Source: Hemiscyllium ocellatum
Taxonomy: Eukaryota
Reading direction: 5' to 3'
Length of the DNA stretch: 64,000 bases
NCBI RefSeq assembly: GCF_020745735.1
Contig: NC_083440.1
Location: forward strand, 27,547,278 to 27,611,277
Shown: positions 51,304-62,366 of the stretch, in pieces
Layout of the letters: every line of letters begins with the position of its first letter
Numbering within the stretch: the stretch's first letter is position 1
The notes under the pieces: generated by a model
The model's database searches: none
What the model saw: only the letters and a program-made list of their open reading frames with translations
Told to the model about the DNA's origin: nothing
Program-made: the position numbers and the translations under genes

Positions 51304-51730
51304 TTAAGGTTCCTCAGCGGCCAGGTGGCTCTGCCCTTCCTCCAGGCCCCTCCCGGGCCCCAGGTGACCTGAGCCCTGCTCCAGGCGGGTCCACACCTCC
51401 AGGCGGATCCCACCCTCCAGGCAGCTGCCTTGGTCCAGCTGGGCCCAGCCCTCGGTCTCCAGGGGCCCGGAGTGAGCAGGCGGCGCCTCGGGGACAAGGC
51501 TGGGCCCCTCGCCGTAGGCGTCACCCTCCTCCAGGCCGGTCAGCCCGGCCACGCCGGACAGCAGCACCTCCGGGTGGCTCTTGCTCTTGTGGGCGGAAAC
51601 GTTGTCCTTCTTCTCGAATCGCTTGCCGCAGACGTCGCAGGAGAACTGGTAGCCGGACTCGGCGTCGTGTTTCTTCATGTGCCAGTTCAGGGAGGCCTTC
51701 TGTCGACAGGTAAACCCACAGATCTCACAC
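51304..51730 (-). CDS. zfp91: ZFP91-like C2H2 zinc-finger protein, last coding exon
   Basis: tgtttag|G TGT GAG ATC gives CEICGFTCRQKASLNWHMKKHDAESGYQFSCDVCGKRFEKKDNVSAHKSKSHPEVL, nearly the ZFP91 sequence as I recall it; TAA at 51304-51306. Confidence 0.88.
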
Positions 51731-51774
51731 CTAAACACCAGGGGGAGGGGGCAGCGGAGAAGGTAAGTGTGGTT

Positions 51775-52420
51775 TCTCATGCTAAATTACCCCATAGTGC
51801 TCAGGGATGTGTAGGTTAGGGTGGATTGGCCATGCTAAATTACCCCATAGTGCTCAGGGATGTGTAGGTTAGGGTGGATTGGCCATGCTAAATTACCCCA
51901 TAGTGCTCAGGGATGTGTAGGTTAGGGTGGATTGGCCATGCTAAATTACCCCATAGTGCTCAGGGATGTGTAGGTTAGGGTGGATTGGCCATGCTAAATT
52001 ACCCCATAGTGCTCAGGGATGTGTAGGTTAGGGTGGATTGGCCATGCTAAATTACCCCATAGTGCTCAGGGATGTGTAGGTTAGGGTGGATTGGCCATGC
52101 TAAATTACCCCATAGTGCTCAGGGATGTGTAGGTTAGGGTGGATTGGCCATGCTAAATTACCCCATAGTGCTCAGGGATGTGTAGGTTAGGGTGGATTGG
52201 CCATGCTAAATTACCCCATAGTGCTCAGGGATGTGCAGGTTAGGGTGGATTGGCCATGCTAAATTACCCCATAGTGCTCAGGGATGTGCAGGTTAGGGTG
52301 GATTGGCCATGTGTAAATGTAGAGCATTGGGTAGGGGAAGGGGTCTGGATGCAGTACACTTCGAAAGGTCAGTGTGGAAATGCTGGGCCGAATAGCCTGT
52401 TGCACACTGTAAGGATTCGA
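51775..52420 (+). repeat. 53-bp SINE-derived array (about 10 near-identical copies) followed by the SINE 3' body
   Basis: Period of 53 measured from gctaaat at 51781 and 51834. Confidence 0.95.
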
Positions 52421-52434
52421 GGATTCTACAACAC

Positions 52435-53325
52435 TGGAGGGTCGGTAATTAGGGAGCGCCGCACTGTCGGAGGGTCAGTACTGAGGGAGTGCCGCACTGT
52501 CGGAGGATCAGTACTGAGGGAGTGCCGCACTGTCGAAGGGTCAGTGCTGAGGGAGTGCCGCACTGTCGGAGGGTCAGTGCTGAGGGTGCGCCGCACTGTC
52601 GGAGGGTCAGTGCTGAGGGTGCGCCGCACTGTCGGAGGGTCAGTGCTGAGGGAGCGCCGCACTGTCGTAGGGTCAGTACTGAGGGAGTGCCGCACTGTCG
52701 GAGGGTCAGTACTGAGGGAGCGCCGCACTGTCGTAGGGTCAGTACTGAGGGAGCGCCGCACTGTCGGAGGGTCAGTACTGAGGGAGCGCCGCACTGTCGG
52801 AGGGTCAGTACTGAGGGAGTGCCGCACTGTCGTAGGGTCAGTACTGAGGGAGCGCCGCACTGTCGGAGAGTCAGTACTGAGGGAGCGCCGCACTGTCGGA
52901 GAGTCAGTACTGAGGGAGCGCCGCACTGTCGGAGAGTCAGTGCTGAGGGAGCGCCGCACTGTCGGAGAGTCAGTGCTGAGGGAGCGCCGCACTGTCGGAG
53001 AGTCAGTGCTGAGGGAGTGCCGCACTGTCGGAGAGTCAGTGCTGAGGGAGCGCCGCACTGTCGGAGGGTCAGTGCTGAGGGAGCGCCGCACTGTCGGAGG
53101 GTCAGTGCTGAGGGAGTGCCGCACTGTCGTAGGGTCAGTGCTGAGGGAGTGCCGCACTGTCGTAGGGTCAGTACTGAGGGAGCGCCGCACTGTCGGAGGG
53201 TCAGTACTGAGGGAGGGCCGCACTGTCGGAGGGTCAGTACTGAGGGAGTGCCGCACTGTCGTAGGGTCAGTACTGAGGGAGCGCCGCACTGTCGGAGGGT
53301 CAGTACTGAGGGAGCGCCGCACTAC
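52435..53325. repeat. 33-bp satellite (gagggagcgccgcactgtcggagggtcagtact), about 27 copies
   Basis: 11-aa periodicity in the ORF track; direct inspection. Confidence 0.95.
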
Positions 53326-53518
53326 ACTCAACCTGAAGAAGAAGGGACCTCTGCCCTTTAAGCCCGGGCTCCGAATGGGCGCTCCAACACTCTCCCGCGC
53401 TGTGCTCCTCAGCGGCTGACCCCTCCCCCTGCCTCCAACACCGTCGCTGCACCCCTCCACCCCTTGCTCTGCCCCCCTGCGCCCCCAGGCCGCGATCGTG
53501 CCCGCCAGTCTGTGCTTA

Positions 53519-53647
<129 letters not shown>

Positions 53648-53959
53648 TCAGACAGGACAGGGTCTGGCCGACCGAGGCCTGGGGACAGAGGGAGGGGGTT
53701 GTGGGCGGGAGGAGCAGGCATGGAAAAACCCGTCACCAGTCGCGGCAGCCCCTCCCACTGCCGCGTGGTGTGGACAGACCTGAAGCCCATTCCTGACAGA
53801 GCAGCACCTCCCCTCCCGCTAATCCCCCGGGGTGACAAATCACTGGGCAGGGCATCACAGGAACACCAGAGGGTCTCGGCAGGTTGGGTTTGGAGGAGGT
53901 GGGGGTCACGGACTGATCGCTGGATATCAACATGTTGAGGTGATGTGAGAAGTATTGCA

Positions 53960-54570
53960 GTGCTGCACTGTCACACAGTCAGTGCTCAGGGAGTGCCGCA
54001 CTGTCAGAGGGTCAGTACTGAGGGAGCTCCGCACTGTCACACAGTCAGTGCTCAGGGAGTGCCGCACTGTCAGAGGGTCAGTCCTGAGGGAGCTCCGCAC
54101 TGTCAGAGGGTCAGTGCTGAGGGAGTGCCGCACTGTCACACAGTCAGTGCTCAGGGAGCGCCGCACTGTCGGAGGGTCAGTGCTGAGGGAGTGCCGCACT
54201 GTGGGAGGGTCAGTACTGAGGGAGCTCCGCACTGTCAGAGGGTCAGTGCTGAGGGAGAGCCACACTGTCACACAGTCAGTGCTCAGGGAGCGCCGCACTG
54301 TCAGAGGGTCAGTACTGAGGGAGTGCCGCACTGTCGGAGGGTCAGTGCTGAGGGAGTGCCGCACTGTCGGAGGGTCAGTGCTGAGGGAGTGCCGCACTGT
54401 CGGAGGGTCAGTGCTGAGGGAGAGCCGCACTGTCGGAGGGTCAGTGCTGAGGGAGTGCCGCACTGTCGGAGGGTCAGTGCTGAGGGAGGGCCGCACTGTC
54501 GGAGGGTCAGTGCTGAGGGAGGGCCGCACTGTCGGAGAGTCAGTGCTGAGGGAGGGCCGCACTGTCGGGG
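53960..54570. repeat. 33-bp satellite, second array (about 18 copies)
   Basis: Same unit as 52435-53325, with cacacagtcagtgctca variants. Confidence 0.95.
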
Positions 54571-54658
54571 ATGATTGTGGTTGACTCTGAAGCGAGTGGG
54601 CAGGGCTGAGGTGTGATTGGCCCCCTTCCTCCCCACCGTCGCTGGCAGAGTTACTCAC

Positions 54659-54773
54659 CGCTGTGCAGTCTCTCGTGATCCTCCATCTGGGTTTTGAAAC
54701 GGAAGATCCGGCCGCAGCTCGGGTAGGAGCAGGCGAAGGTTCGGTGCAGCATGTGCTGGTACTTCATGTGGCG
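54659..54773 (-). CDS. zfp91: ZFP91-like exon (RHMKYQHMLHRTFACSYPSCGRIFRFKTQMEDHERLHS)
   Basis: 115 bp, acccacag| ... G|gtgagt, phase 0-1; C2H2 finger. Confidence 0.92.
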
Positions 54774-54927
54774 CTGTGGGTGACAGGAAGGGACACGGTG
54801 AGGGGGGCCGGGGTCCCAACGGTACTGAGAGACAGGGTCAGGAGGGGATCAGGGGGGTGTTAGGGGGCTGGCGTTGGGGTAGGTGGGGTGAAGGGTCGGT
54901 GCAGGATGCAGACACCTGATTTCTCAC

Positions 54928-55006
54928 CTTCAAATACTGAGGATTGGAAACAATTTTGCCACATCCCTCAAACTCACAGCGAACATACTGCTTCGGGACC
55001 TTCTTC
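54928..55006 (-). CDS. zfp91: ZFP91-like exon (RKKVPKQYVRCEFEGCGKIVSNPQYLK)
   Basis: 79 bp, gtgacccag| ... AAG|gtgaga, phase 2-0; matches the recalled ZFP91 RKKPPIQYVRCEMEGCG. Confidence 0.92.
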
Positions 55007-55019
55007 CTGGGTCACAGAT

Positions 55020-55915
55020 GGGGGGGGGGGGGGGGGGAAGAGAGCAAGGGAGAGAGGGGGTGCAAGTGAGAGAGAGGGGGGGGCACGTGCGCGCGCGAGA
55101 GAGAGAGAGGGGCACATGTGCGAGGGGGGGGCACGTGCACCGCGGGAGAGGGGCGCGTGCAAGAGAGAGAGGGGCGCACGCAAGAGAGAGAGAGAGAGGG
55201 GCGCGTGAGAGAGAGAGAGAGAGAGGGGCGCGCGCGAGAGAGAGGAGAGAGAGGGGCGCGCGCGAGAGAGAGGGGCGCGTGCAAGAGAGAGAGAGAGAGA
55301 GGGGCGCGTGCGAGAGAGAGGGGCGCGTGCGAGAGAGAGAGAGAGGGGCGCGTGAGAGAGACGCGCGCGAGAGAGAGGGGCGCGCGAGAGAGAGAGAGAG
55401 AGAGGGGCGCGCGCGAGAGAGAGGGGCGCGTGCGAGAGAGAGGGGCGCGTGCGAGAGAGAGAGAGAGAGAGAGGGGCGCGTGCGAGAGAGGGGCGCGTGC
55501 GAGAGAGAGAGGCGCGCGCGCGAGAGAGGGGCGCGCGCGAGAGAGGGGCGCGCACGAGAGAGGGGCGCGCGAGTGAGAGAGGGGCACGCGAGTGAGAGAG
55601 GGGCGCGCGAGTGAGAGAGGGGCGCGCGAGTGAGAGAGGGGCACGCGAGTGAGAGAGGGGCGCGCGAGTGAGAGAGGGGCGCGCGAGAGAGAGAGGGGCG
55701 CGTGAGAGAGCGAGAGTGGGGCGCGCGCAAGAGAGAGGGGCGCGCGCGAGAGAAAGAGGGGCGCGTGCCGCGAGAGAGACAGGGGCGCGCGCGAGAGAGG
55801 GACAGAGAGACAGAGAAAGAGGGGTGCGCGCGAGGGGGGGCGTGCGCCGCGAGAGAGAGAGAGAGAGAAAGGGGTGCGCGCGCGCGAGAGAGAGAGAGAG
55901 AGGGGTGCGCGCGTG
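55020..55915. repeat. (GA)n/(GC)n composite microsatellite, CpG-rich
   Basis: gagagaggggcgcgc-type units. Confidence 0.95.
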
Positions 55916-56299
55916 AGTGGGGGATGGGAAGCCATCCAGGCCGTGGGGGTAGAGTTGCAGTGGAAGGAGAGGGTGTGAACACCAAGAAAGGTGAAGGGTT
56001 ACACAGGGGGTGAAAGGGTGACAGAGACAAAAAGGGAGACAGAATGAGAACCTGGCCCCATTGAGTATAAATCAAGCTCCCCCCCGCCTCCCCCCACCCC
56101 GTTCAGCCCCAGTGTAGTGGGGGCAGGACAGAGTGCTCAGGCAGCCAAAGCCTGCAGCTTCCCCATGTTCCATCGTGACCGGATGGCAGGCCAGCAACCT
56201 GACTGCAAGGTGCGCTCGGAGCCCTGGAAAGGTCCTGCCCCCTCCCCACCTCAGAAAGCACACCCAGCCTACATCTAACCTCACACATTGTCTGAGCGG

Positions 56300-56610
56300 A
56301 GATGGTTTCTCATATAAAACCCGAAGTTATCTCGAGGATGGGACTCGGAACAAGCTCTGAGATTCCCGTGTTAATGAACCAAAACTTGCAAAGATGAAAC
56401 TCTGAACAACGATCTCGGTTTGTTCCATCTGTCATTTCAGTTGTACGGCAGTGCAACGTTTTGCTGTAAACTCTGTGTCTGATGGTCCGACTCTCCAAGC
56501 CCCCTGATGACGGAGCGGTCCCTCCCTGGGACTACCAAATAAACCTGTCGGGCTATCACCTGGTGCTGTGTGTGGTCTTCAAACTGTGTCCAATCCTGGC
56601 ACCTCCCCAT
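56300..56610 (+). mobile_element. degenerate Penelope-associated terminus
   Basis: ccaaataaacctgtcgggctatcacctggtgctgtgtg...gtccaatcctggcacctcc resembles 1500-1585. Confidence 0.5.
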
Positions 56611-57670
56611 TATATGTCAAACCCAGCGGCCACAGGGATGGACACCAGATATTATACCTTCCCCTCCCCAAACCCTGGAATTGCTGGATAATTCCAACCT
56701 GCAAATATCCCAGAGGGGCCCCCAGAGCATACGGACACTGAGAAACATCAGATACTCTCTCAGCGTGACGCGCAGGAGCACGGCCAGACCACTGGGCGCC
56801 TCGCTTCGGCCCGGCCGTTCGATCACGGCTGGCAGTACGTTCCTCAGCGCCATTCTCCTCCCAACTTCGGATCCCCGGACTAATCCAGACACTCGTGTCC
56901 GCCTCCGTCCTCGACACGCTCCGCTGCACGTTCACTCCAGAAGGCTCTGGGGAGGCCAGAGCTGAAGGCGTTCTTCCTCCTCCTCCCCCTGCGCTCTCGG
57001 ACATCAGCCTCTCTGCGTGCCCTGGGGAGGAAACACCTCCCGCACGTTCCGCTCTCTCCAGGCCACCCGCCCCTCCCAAAGAAAACTTGCTGGGGCGTTT
57101 ACCCCCCCACCCCCGTCCCAATCCCCCCCGAGCTGAGGCCACCATCCCGTGAGCTGGGGGGCAGGTTGGGGCGTGGGGTAAGGGGTGAGGGGGGTGGTTC
57201 CGTCCCGGAGAGTCAGAAGGAGCCGAGTGTTTGCAAGGGGAGGGGGTGGACGATCTGCCCATCATGTTTTGTGCTGGTGCTGAGGACTCTCGGGGGGGAG
57301 CTGAGGGGATGATCTGGGTGGTCCCTTTCCTGCTCACTGCCCCCTTGGTTTCTGCTCCCGGTTTAATCCGGTCTCGTGAGACGGTGACCCTGGACACTTC
57401 CCACCGCCCTCCTGGACACGAGTACACATGGCAGTACGGTCGCCATCTCGATCTCGGTGAAGGAAAAGCCTTTCCGTTGCGATTACACGGTCCCAGACGT
57501 CCCTCGTCAGACTCCATAACCTCGCCCTTCCCTCACAGTCTGCTCCTTCTTCGTTGGGATGAAATCCCTGCTGCCTCTCCTGAATTATTCCCAGAAACCT
57601 CCTGCCATCATTTCTCCATCGTCTTCCCCGCTGGGTACCCCCCCTTCCCATCAGCCCAGGCCAGCTCCTC

Positions 57671-58122
57671 CCTCATGTCTCTGTCCTTCGCTTTCCCTCA
57701 GCGGGAACGCCGTTCCATCTGATCCCAGCCCCTCCCTCATGTCTCTGTCCTTCCCTTTCCCTCAGCGGGAACGCCGTTCCATCTGATCCCAGCCCCTCCC
57801 TCATGTCTCTGTCCTTCCCTTTCCCTCAGCGGGAACGCCGTTCCATCTGATCCCAGCCCCGTCCTCACGTCTCTGTCCTTCCCTTCCCTCAGCGGGAACG
57901 CCGTTCCATCTGATCCCAGCCCCGTCCTCACGTCTCTGTCCTTCCCTTCCCTCAGCGGGAACGCCGTTCCATCTGATCCCAGCCCCTCCCTCACGTCTCT
58001 GTCCTTCCCTTTCCCTCAGCGGGAACGCCGTTCCACCTGATCCCAGCCCCTCCCTCACGTCTCTGTCCTTCCCTTTCCCTCAGCGGGAACGCCGTTCCAT
58101 CTGATCCCAGCCCCTCCCTCCC
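57671..58122. repeat. 63-64-bp minisatellite, about 7 copies
   Basis: cctcatgtct recurs at 57671 and 57735; each unit contains GGAACG-C-CGTTCC. Confidence 0.95.
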
Positions 58123-58889
58123 TAATCCAGGATAAGTTCCACCGTGTTATGGTCACTGTCCCCTCAGAGAGGGGGGGGTTCCTTCACCCTCAGCTCCCTC
58201 ATGACACATCACCAAATCCAGAACGTTCCTGCTCCCTCATGGGCTCTGTCACAGCCTGCTCCAAAAACAAATCCCCGGGATCCGCTGCCAAGCTGATTTT
58301 AGAATTCAGAATTTAGATTTGATGGGAGCGGGCACTGAAGTCCAGGAGAACCGGGAAAGATCCCGCTCCCTTCCCCAGGACCTCTCCGATCACAAAAACT
58401 GGAATTTTACAAAAATAAAAGGCAACAGAAACAAAATAAAAAGCAACAGGGCCTAAAGAAAAGGAAAACTAGAAACGTCCAGATCGAAAAGAAAGATAAA
58501 TATTCCGATCTTGACAGGGGCCGCTCAGTTTCTGAATCAGGCTTCGGGCCTAGTTCTGATGCTGGAGCCTCTCACTGACGCCTTCCATCGTCAGATTCCC
58601 TTTCCCAGTCCCCCCTGTGCACACTGAAGATTCCCTGTGATTACGGTCACAGGACCTTTCTTCCCCTGCCTGGTTTATTACCCGCCTCACGTCCTGTCTC
58701 CCTGCCCAGAAAGCCCACCCTCCACGGCGAGAGTTTCACTTGCTTCGGGGTCCCTCAGCTCCACCCTCACCCCACCGACGGATTCGCCGCCTCCCCACTG
58801 CCTGTCGCTTCCCGCTGTCGACTGCGTTTGCTCTCTCGCTGACCCTCTCCCCCTCGGCCCGTCTGCTTGTCCTTGCACATGGGGACGGT

Positions 58890-58985
58890 GGGGTATTTTG
58901 CCCTGGTCCCCTTGCAGCCAGGTCTCTGCGGATCCCACAACGTCGTATCTGTCCACTTCAATCTGGGTCACCCAACTTGGGGGTG
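58890..58985 (-). mobile_element. CR1 endonuclease N-terminal fragment
   Basis: TQIEVDRYDVVGSAETWLQGDQG resembles the YD(I/V)..I.ETWL motif. Confidence 0.7.
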
Positions 58986-59334
58986 TTTAACGACAACATC
59001 CTCAGTCCCTGGAATGACCGACCCCCCACGCCCCCCACTGCTGTCCCTTTACCAGGGAAAGTTTGATCCTGTGCCCTTTCCGTCCCCTCTGTCCCACGGC
59101 CTGTCCTGGGAAGTCTAAATCATCATCGCTCAGCACTCTCCCCTCTCCCACAGGCCATTAGGGTCACAGCCCCATTTGGGACACCCGCCCGCTCAGGGGA
59201 AAGAAGGCAGGAAGCCACCTCCCTCTCCCCTAGGATGAACGCACCGGAACCCTCTCCCTCAACCCCCCCCCCCTACACACCCCGGGGAACGCAGCAGGAT
59301 CCTCCCACCTCCCTCCGCCACACCTCTGGCTCAG

Positions 59335-59925
59335 GGGGAAGACAGTGGGACACCCTCTCCATCCACCCCCACCCCCCAGGGAAAGGCAGTGGGACCCTCT
59401 CTCCATCCATCCCCACCCCCCAGGGAAAGGCAGTGGGACCCCCTCTCCATCCACCCCCACCCCCCAGGGAAAGGCAGTGGGACCCTCTCTCCCCGCACCC
59501 CCACCCCCCAGGGAAAGGCAGTGGGACCCTCTCTCCACCCATCCCCATCCCCCAGGGAAAGGCAGTGGGACCCTCTCTCCCCGCACCCCCACCCCCCAGG
59601 GAAAGGCAGTGGGACCCTCTCTCCCCGCACCCCCACCCCCCAGGGAAAGGCAGTGGGACCCTCTCTCCATCCACCCCCACCCCCCAGGGAAAGGCAGTGG
59701 GACCCTCTCTCCATCCACCCCCACCCCCCAGGGAAAGGCAGTGGGACCCTCTCTCCCCGCACCCCCACCCCCCAGGGAAAGACAGTGGGACCCTCTCTCC
59801 ATCCACCCCCACCCCCCAGGGAAAGACAGTGGGACCCTCTCTCTCCCCCCACCCCCCAGGGGAAGACGGTAGGACCGTCTCTCCCCCCACCCCCACCCCC
59901 CAGGGGAAGGCAGTGGGACCCTCTC
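59335..59925. repeat. 44-bp C-rich minisatellite, about 12 copies
   Basis: cagg(gaaagg) recurs at 59377, 59421 and 59465. Confidence 0.95.
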
Positions 59926-60122
59926 TGCCCCACTCCCACACGCCTCCCAGGGGGGAACACACTGGGACGCCCTCCCCCTCCCTCCCACAGGGGGTCACAC
60001 TGGGACCCTCCCCCATCTCTGGGGGATCACACAAGGAAGCCCTCTTTCCTACCCCCACCAAGGGGAAAACACTGGGACCCCCCTCCCACTACCCTAGAGC
60101 CCGGGATCGGGCGCTCGCTCAC

Positions 60123-60179
60123 CGGATCTTCTTCGGCTGTTCGCTTGGATCCCGTCTCACTCGGCGCTTGGCAGGTTTC
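60123..60179 (-). CDS. zfp91: ZFP91-like exon (RKPAKRRVRRDPSEQPKKIR)
   Basis: 57 bp, ccaagcag| ... CG|gtgagc, phase 2-2; a basic NLS-like segment that keeps the reading frame. Confidence 0.8.
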
Positions 60180-60600
60180 CTGCTTGGGGTGGGGGGTGGG
60201 TGAGGGGGTGGGGAGGTGGGTGGGGGTGTGGGGAGGTGGGTGGGGAGTTGGGCAGAGGGAAGGAAGGAGAGAGAGAGAAACGGGTGACACCGTGAATCTG
60301 CGAGGTGATGGTGGGGGCGCGGTTAACGACACCGTGGGATGGGCAGGGCATGCTGGGAAGGCGAGCAGGCCCAGGAGACGCCCACCCCCCCACCCCTGGG
60401 GTAGTTCGAACCTCCTTCCAAGGGGTTGGGAGTAAACAGTCCCCCGCACCAGCCGGACTACCCTTCCCGGTTCCCCGCGGGCGAGCGAGCGGACAGCCTG
60501 GTTTGGCACGTCCACCCCCTCAGGTCACCGTCTCGCCCACGTCTGGTGTTAACCAAGGGCCGGTTACCCCCGCCCACCCCGCTTACGGAACCATGGCTAC

Positions 60601-60681
60601 CTGTTGACCGGCTCCTCGGGCGGCGGCTTCTTGGTGCTGTTTCTCCGAGGTCTCCCTCTCCTTTTCTCTCGGTCCGAACCG
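60601..60681 (-). CDS. zfp91: ZFP91-like exon (SGSDREKRRGRPRRNSTKKPPPEEPVN)
   Basis: 81 bp, ccccacgcag| ... AG|gtagcc, phase 2-2; ends EEPVNR, like the recalled ZFP91 EEPPR. Confidence 0.75.
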
Positions 60682-60919
60682 CTGCGTGGGGTAAGGGGGA
60701 GGCGGAATACAATCAACACGTCAAAACTGTGGGGGGTGTGGGGGTGGGGGAAGTCAAACTGGACAGGCAGGAGGGCAGGCAGCATCGGGAGGGGCAGAGG
60801 GCCACATCTCCGGCCTGCAATGTTCGCCCAGCCGCCTGCCGGTCTACACTCTCACGGAACAGCAGTGATGGGCCGAACGGCCGACTTCGCTCATGCCTCA
60901 GAGTCTCTTGCGCTAAATT

Positions 60920-61380
60920 ACGAGACATTTGATTGGATTCCCTGACAGGGTGAAACCGGCTCTTCAGCACAACTCCACACCGACCCAACCCCTCCCCCAG
61001 ACCCATTCCCTTACATTGTATTTACCCCTGACTACTGCATCGAACACTATGGGGTAATTTAGCATGGCCAATCCACCCTAACCTGCACATCACTGAGCAC
61101 TATGGGGTAATTTAGCATGGCCAATCCACCCTAACCGACACATCACTGAGCACTATGGGGTAATTTAGCATGGCCAATCCACCCTAACCTACACATCCCT
61201 GAATACTATGGGGTAATTTAGCATGGCCAATCCACCCTAACCTGCACATCTTTGGACTGTGGGAGGAAACCCAGGCAGACGCTGGGGAGAATGTGCAAAC
61301 TCCCGAGGCTGGGATCGAACCCGTGTTCCTGAGGCCGCGAGGCAGCCCCGCTGACCCCTGAACTACCGTGCCACCCAACA
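60920..61380 (-). mobile_element. HE1-type SINE with 4 copies of the 53-bp unit (61043-61250)
   Basis: Reverse complement of the same head, unit and body seen at 47.4-48.4 kb. Confidence 0.85.
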
Positions 61381-61759
61381 GCAGTGCACGGTCTCAGAAA
61401 GGGCAGTGCCGCTGCGCAGAATCACGTCTGTGAGCAGAGGCAGGAGACCAGAAATATCAAGGCAGCGTTTGGCCGGGAGGTGTGAAACCTGCGGGAAACG
61501 TTACGCGACGTGTCAACGAATCAAACAGTCCAGGCAGAGGGGCGCGGGAGCAAGGCGCGCTACCTGAACAAGGACCCTATCCCGTCCAACAGCCCGGAGC
61601 CGTGAGGAGGGTTCGGAGTCGCAGCTCGGCTTCGGGACCGGGATAAACAAGGGGGGTTCAGGATCTTCCGCACTGACAGGCAGTGTTCGGGAATCATCCG
61701 GGGATACGGTGGCTGGGCAGGAACACTCTGCACAGGGAGAGGAAGGTCGAGGCAGGTGA

Positions 61760-62010
61760 GGTGTGTCCGCTGGTGGGTGAGACTAGGAGGAGGGGACATG
61801 GCCTGGTGATGAGTGGGAGGGGATTTAAGACAGAGATGAGGAGGAACTGCTTTCCCCCCCCCCCCCCCAAAGCGAGGAGTGAATCTATGAAATACTGTGC
61901 GCAAGGAAGCAGGAGAGACAGCTTTATTGAGTATATTGGAGAGACAGTTGGATGGATTTGTGCATGGGAGGGGAAGAAGGGGTAAAATGCAGGGAGGATG
62001 CTGCATAGAC
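61760..62010 (+). mobile_element. CR1 3' remnant
   Basis: GETRRRGHGLVMSGRGFKTEMRRNCF resembles the CR1 ORF2 C-terminus. Confidence 0.6.
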
Positions 62011-62187
62011 CAGCCATGACTGGAAGGAATGACAGAGCAGGATCGATGGGGGAAATGTTTCGGATCGAATGACACTCCGATATCGGCAAGGAATGGTCCG
62101 GGGACACAGAGCATTCTCAGATACCAGGCAGCCAGCGTTCTGTCTGGGCTCGGGATCAGAGGGACGGCAGTGTGCTGAGGAACCTAC

Positions 62188-62298
62188 CTCTCCGATGAGG
62201 GGATATAGTTTTCATCCTTGGGATCATCAAAGAATTGATATTCATCATCCGACTCCACTTCAGTCAACAGCTCCTCATCCTCTTCACTCTCATTGTCA
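62188..62298 (-). CDS. zfp91: ZFP91-like acidic exon (DNESEEDEELLTEVESDDEYQFFDDPKDENYIPSSE); upstream exons lie beyond the window
   Basis: 111 bp, tttctcacag| ... AG|gtaggt, phase 2-2; DDPKDENY matches the recalled ZFP91 DDPRDETY. Confidence 0.88.
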
Positions 62299-62334
62299 CT
62301 GTGAGAAACAGGAAGCACAGACAGTGAGAGGCGG

Positions 62335-62335
62335 G

Positions 62336-62366
<31 letters not shown>

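Noticed and set aside
57455-57495. EKPFRCDY as a zinc-finger linker remnant
   Set aside because: No preceding His pair or following second Cys, and it lies on the opposite strand to the gene; probably chance.
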